IMG/VR virus record: IMGVR_UViG_3300025158_000014 | Strand: one strand, 5' to 3' | From: an uncultured virus (IMG/VR IMGVR_UViG_3300025158_000014) | Taxonomy: Duplodnaviria > Heunggongvirae > Uroviricota > Caudoviricetes | DNA length: 64,000 nt | Part shown: positions 61,020 to 64,000 of the stretch, one piece after another | Position numbering within the stretch: the stretch's first letter is position 1 | Layout of the letters: the number at the start of each line of letters is the position of its first letter | The notes under the pieces: model-generated | Databases searched by the model: none | Seen by the model: the letters and a program-made list of their open reading frames with translations, nothing else | Told to the model about the DNA's origin: nothing | Made by a program: the position numbers and the translations under genes

Positions 61020-62681
61020 TTAATAATAATCTATCCTTGGTATATGGAGAGGTTTTGGTTGAACTTGGACATAATAAACGTTACCGAATCTATTCACCGA
61101 ACCACCATCATATACATAGGGAAAATATAGAGAAGATCCTTTTAACACACCATCATAGATAAAAGGTTCTAATATTGACCACGAATCTTTTAACCTTATA
61201 TTATAATAATCTATAGACTCAATTAAAAATGTTTCACTAACAGCGCCCTCATATTGACCTTGATACAACATACCTATATTATCACTTTGTGTTATATTAT
61301 TATTATGTAAAATGTTACCCTGATCAGATGTTAGAATAGTGTCATCCGTAAGACCATCACGGGTTAATATTCCATAATACCGTTTCATCCCAGAGAAATC
61401 AAATCCCTTTATATCATGATATGGTTGTATTGTTCCACTATTATACACATCGATAGCTGTTATAAGATCATGAGTAGCTTCATATGCTCCGGTATTCGAG
61501 ATAAACTGCCCTGCTTTATAAAAGCGATCTTTAGTTGAAACGATAGTTCTTCCTGAAAAAGTTAAAGTTTCGGTAAGTCTACCATTTCTGGGAATAATAC
61601 TATCAATTTTACCATCAACATCCAAACATCCAACGAATCTGACCTTATTATCATAATTATACAATTTACACTTTATACCTCTACACCCAATTAAGGATAA
61701 GTTTGTACCATCATCAATAAAAAAATTTTCATCAAAGATGCAATTAATAAAAGTTGAATTTCCATAACATACGATATCTTCAAAATAACAATCAAAGAAT
61801 TTACCTCTTGATATATAAGGGGATAGATCCTCAGAAAGAGTATTGAAATTTCTGATAGTACTACCAGAACCCATACCATCATAACAAAAGTTGATAGAAC
61901 CACCCGTGAGAGGCAAATAACCACCTGTGACATCAACATTATCTATTTTATATGCAACGGGACATGATACATTCCAGTCGTTACTTCTGTTATCATGATT
62001 GATAAAATCTCGTCTACCAGAATCATAGGTATCAATTAATTCTGGATGATCCGCATATAAGTGGATGTTAGAAAGTTCTAGTTTGAATTCTTTGGTTATA
62101 AAGAAATAGTCATAATTGATGATATCTTCGCAGTCATTATGACCATCAATTACAAGGTAACTACCATCAGCGGATATCTCCCTTATCCTGAAATATTGTG
62201 AATAAGTGAGTGATATATAACTTCCGACTTGTATACAAGGTCTTGTTTCTGATAACAAAATCCAATCAAAATTGTTTGCATAAACTTTGTTATCACCAAG
62301 TGAACAAGATATAAATCTTTCTTTTATTGCGCCACTTGGTGGGTTTGTGTTATAATCATAACCGTTATCAAAATCTTCCGTAAAATAAGGAATTATATTA
62401 TACATAATATTACCATTAGTATATATCAACTTTGTCGTTGATTTACTCTCACCATGTATTCTAAGGGGTATATCACCTTGAACTGACAAGTCATAACGCA
62501 TACTATCTGTCATGACATGATCACCTGTGGTTAAAAATAAGTTATAATGACCATCATTAAATGCATCTGTAACCGACACATAATCACCGTCACCATTCAC
62601 ATCAACAATCGTCCAATCACCATACATTGGATGAAGTGTTGTTTTTTTATATTTTGTATATAAGTTATTTAATTGTGTCAT
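61020..62681 (-). CDS. Beta-helix/tailspike-like paralog
   Basis: DVNGDGDYVSVTDA, xxNC/xGC repeats, YFPYV C-terminus. Confidence 0.65.
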   Translation of the reverse strand: MTQLNNLYTKYKKTTLHPMYGDWTIVDVNGDGDYVSVTDAFNDGHYNLFLTTGDHVMTDSMRYDLSVQGDIPLRIHGESKSTTKLIYTNGNIMYNIIPYFTEDFDNGYDYNTNPPSGAIKERFISCSLGDNKVYANNFDWILLSETRPCIQVGSYISLTYSQYFRIREISADGSYLVIDGHNDCEDIINYDYFFITKEFKLELSNIHLYADHPELIDTYDSGRRDFINHDNRSNDWNVSCPVAYKIDNVDVTGGYLPLTGGSINFCYDGMGSGSTIRNFNTLSEDLSPYISRGKFFDCYFEDIVCYGNSTFINCIFDENFFIDDGTNLSLIGCRGIKCKLYNYDNKVRFVGCLDVDGKIDSIIPRNGRLTETLTFSGRTIVSTKDRFYKAGQFISNTGAYEATHDLITAIDVYNSGTIQPYHDIKGFDFSGMKRYYGILTRDGLTDDTILTSDQGNILHNNNITQSDNIGMLYQGQYEGAVSETFLIESIDYYNIRLKDSWSILEPFIYDGVLKGSSLYFPYVYDGGSVNRFGNVYYVQVQPKPLHIPRIDYY

Positions 62682-62712
62682 TACGTTCTCCTACTTTCAT
62701 GTGAATGATTGA

Positions 62713-63999
62713 TCATAAACTTAACCAAAACCTTGAAATATTGTCTCTTATCTGAGCTTGAACATAAAAGGTATAATATGGATTATATACAGGGTTATAC
62801 ACATAAGGGAAGTATATAGATCTATTATTAATAAATTTACCCTCATATAAATAGGGGCTTAATATTGTCCATGAATTATTTAACCTCATTTCTTGGTTAG
62901 GATCTAAATCACTAGTGTCAATAATAAATGATGTAGTTGTTTGTCCAGATGAAACAAGCCACACAGATAAATTATCGGATAACAATACTTCATTATTAAA
63001 AAGAACATTATCAGTACCAAAATTAAAAATGGTATGGTCAGTAACACCATCTTGAGTGAATGTACCATAATAACGTTTTATTTTACTGAAATCTAATTGA
63101 TTATATTGATATTCATATCTAACACCTGTTGGTGTATATATTACTTCAACAGAAGTTATCATATCTTCATTACTTTCGTATGCACGGTATAGGGATTTGA
63201 AATTATCAACAAAAACAAATTTATCTGCGACAGTCGCACCATTGGTACCAGTAAAAACAAGCAATTCAGTTTTCCTGCCCTGTGAGGGCATTACATCTTC
63301 AACATCACCGTTCACATCTCTACATCCTATTACTCTAGACGTGGAAGTAATATTAAGTATTCTGCTGTTAAGTAAACTACAACCTATAAGTGTACACCTA
63401 TCAGACATATACAAATCATCACTGTCATCTATAACACAGTTTATTAGTGTAGAGTTATTATAAAGCTCAATTTCATCAAAATAACAGTTTGTTGCTGACA
63501 ACCCCGGTAGATATAATCGCCCTTTTGATAATGTATTAAAATTATTGACAGTTGAAATGCTCCCAACTCCATCATAAGAAAACCTGATAACGTCCCCGTT
63601 ACCCGTATTGCCACCATAAAAATCAACGCATTTAATATCACATGATATTCCTGCTCCTACACACCAACTATTCGTTGCAATACCATTTAAACTCCCACTC
63701 GGGAATATAATAAATTCGGTATTGTATTCCTCAAACGTATCAATTACTGACGCATCAGCAAATATAGTAATATTTTCAAGATTTAGTTTGATCTCTTTGG
63801 ATATAATCCAATAAGTTTGATTAATAAAATCACCTGAAATATTATGCCTGTTTAGTACAATAAATGCACCAGCAGGATCAATTGAAATTATTTCATAAAA
63901 CTCATTATTATTCAATACTATACAATCACCGACATTAATACTATATTTTGAGGGATAAGCTGTTGCCAGAGTATTCCAATTAAAATTATCCGCGTAAAC
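62713..63999 (-). CDS. Beta-helix/tailspike-like paralog (5' end outside the window)
   Basis: Frame open to the window edge (VYADNFNWNTLA); same repeats as its neighbours. Confidence 0.65.
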   Translation of the reverse strand, partial: VYADNFNWNTLATAYPSKYSINVGDCIVLNNNEFYEIISIDPAGAFIVLNRHNISGDFINQTYWIISKEIKLNLENITIFADASVIDTFEEYNTEFIIFPSGSLNGIATNSWCVGAGISCDIKCVDFYGGNTGNGDVIRFSYDGVGSISTVNNFNTLSKGRLYLPGLSATNCYFDEIELYNNSTLINCVIDDSDDLYMSDRCTLIGCSLLNSRILNITSTSRVIGCRDVNGDVEDVMPSQGRKTELLVFTGTNGATVADKFVFVDNFKSLYRAYESNEDMITSVEVIYTPTGVRYEYQYNQLDFSKIKRYYGTFTQDGVTDHTIFNFGTDNVLFNNEVLLSDNLSVWLVSSGQTTTSFIIDTSDLDPNQEMRLNNSWTILSPYLYEGKFINNRSIYFPYVYNPVYNPYYTFYVQAQIRDNISRFWLSL

Positions 64000-64000
64000 T

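Overview
AT-rich 64-kb segment of a large T4-like (myovirus-type) dsDNA phage, probably infecting a Gram-negative host because it has a holin plus Rz/Rz1-like spanins. It uses the standard genetic code and carries sigma70-type early promoters and TATAAATA late promoters. Core genes are a family B DNA polymerase (apparently starting at AUU), a gp41-like helicase, UvsY and a UvsW helicase split into three ORFs. One UvsW break is a split intein with a free-standing endonuclease; the other holds a methyltransferase/nuclease pair. Accessory genes include RNA-repair enzymes, ClpP, DeoC, RimK, DHH and other phosphoesterases, methyltransferases, four beta-helix paralogs and many small early ORFs. The most striking observation is a promoter-driven non-coding RNA at 27175-27440. 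It rebuilds the L11-binding GTPase-associated centre of 23S rRNA (helices 43/44) with compensatory changes, its own 9-bp closing helix and a 200-nt insert, and is followed by a second structured RNA and a terminator. Also notable are about 18 proteins with T4-like capsid-targeting leaders (including six ADP-ribosyltransferase-like paralogs) and an in-frame UGA followed by a SECIS-like hairpin. All calls come from reading motifs by eye; no database searches were run.
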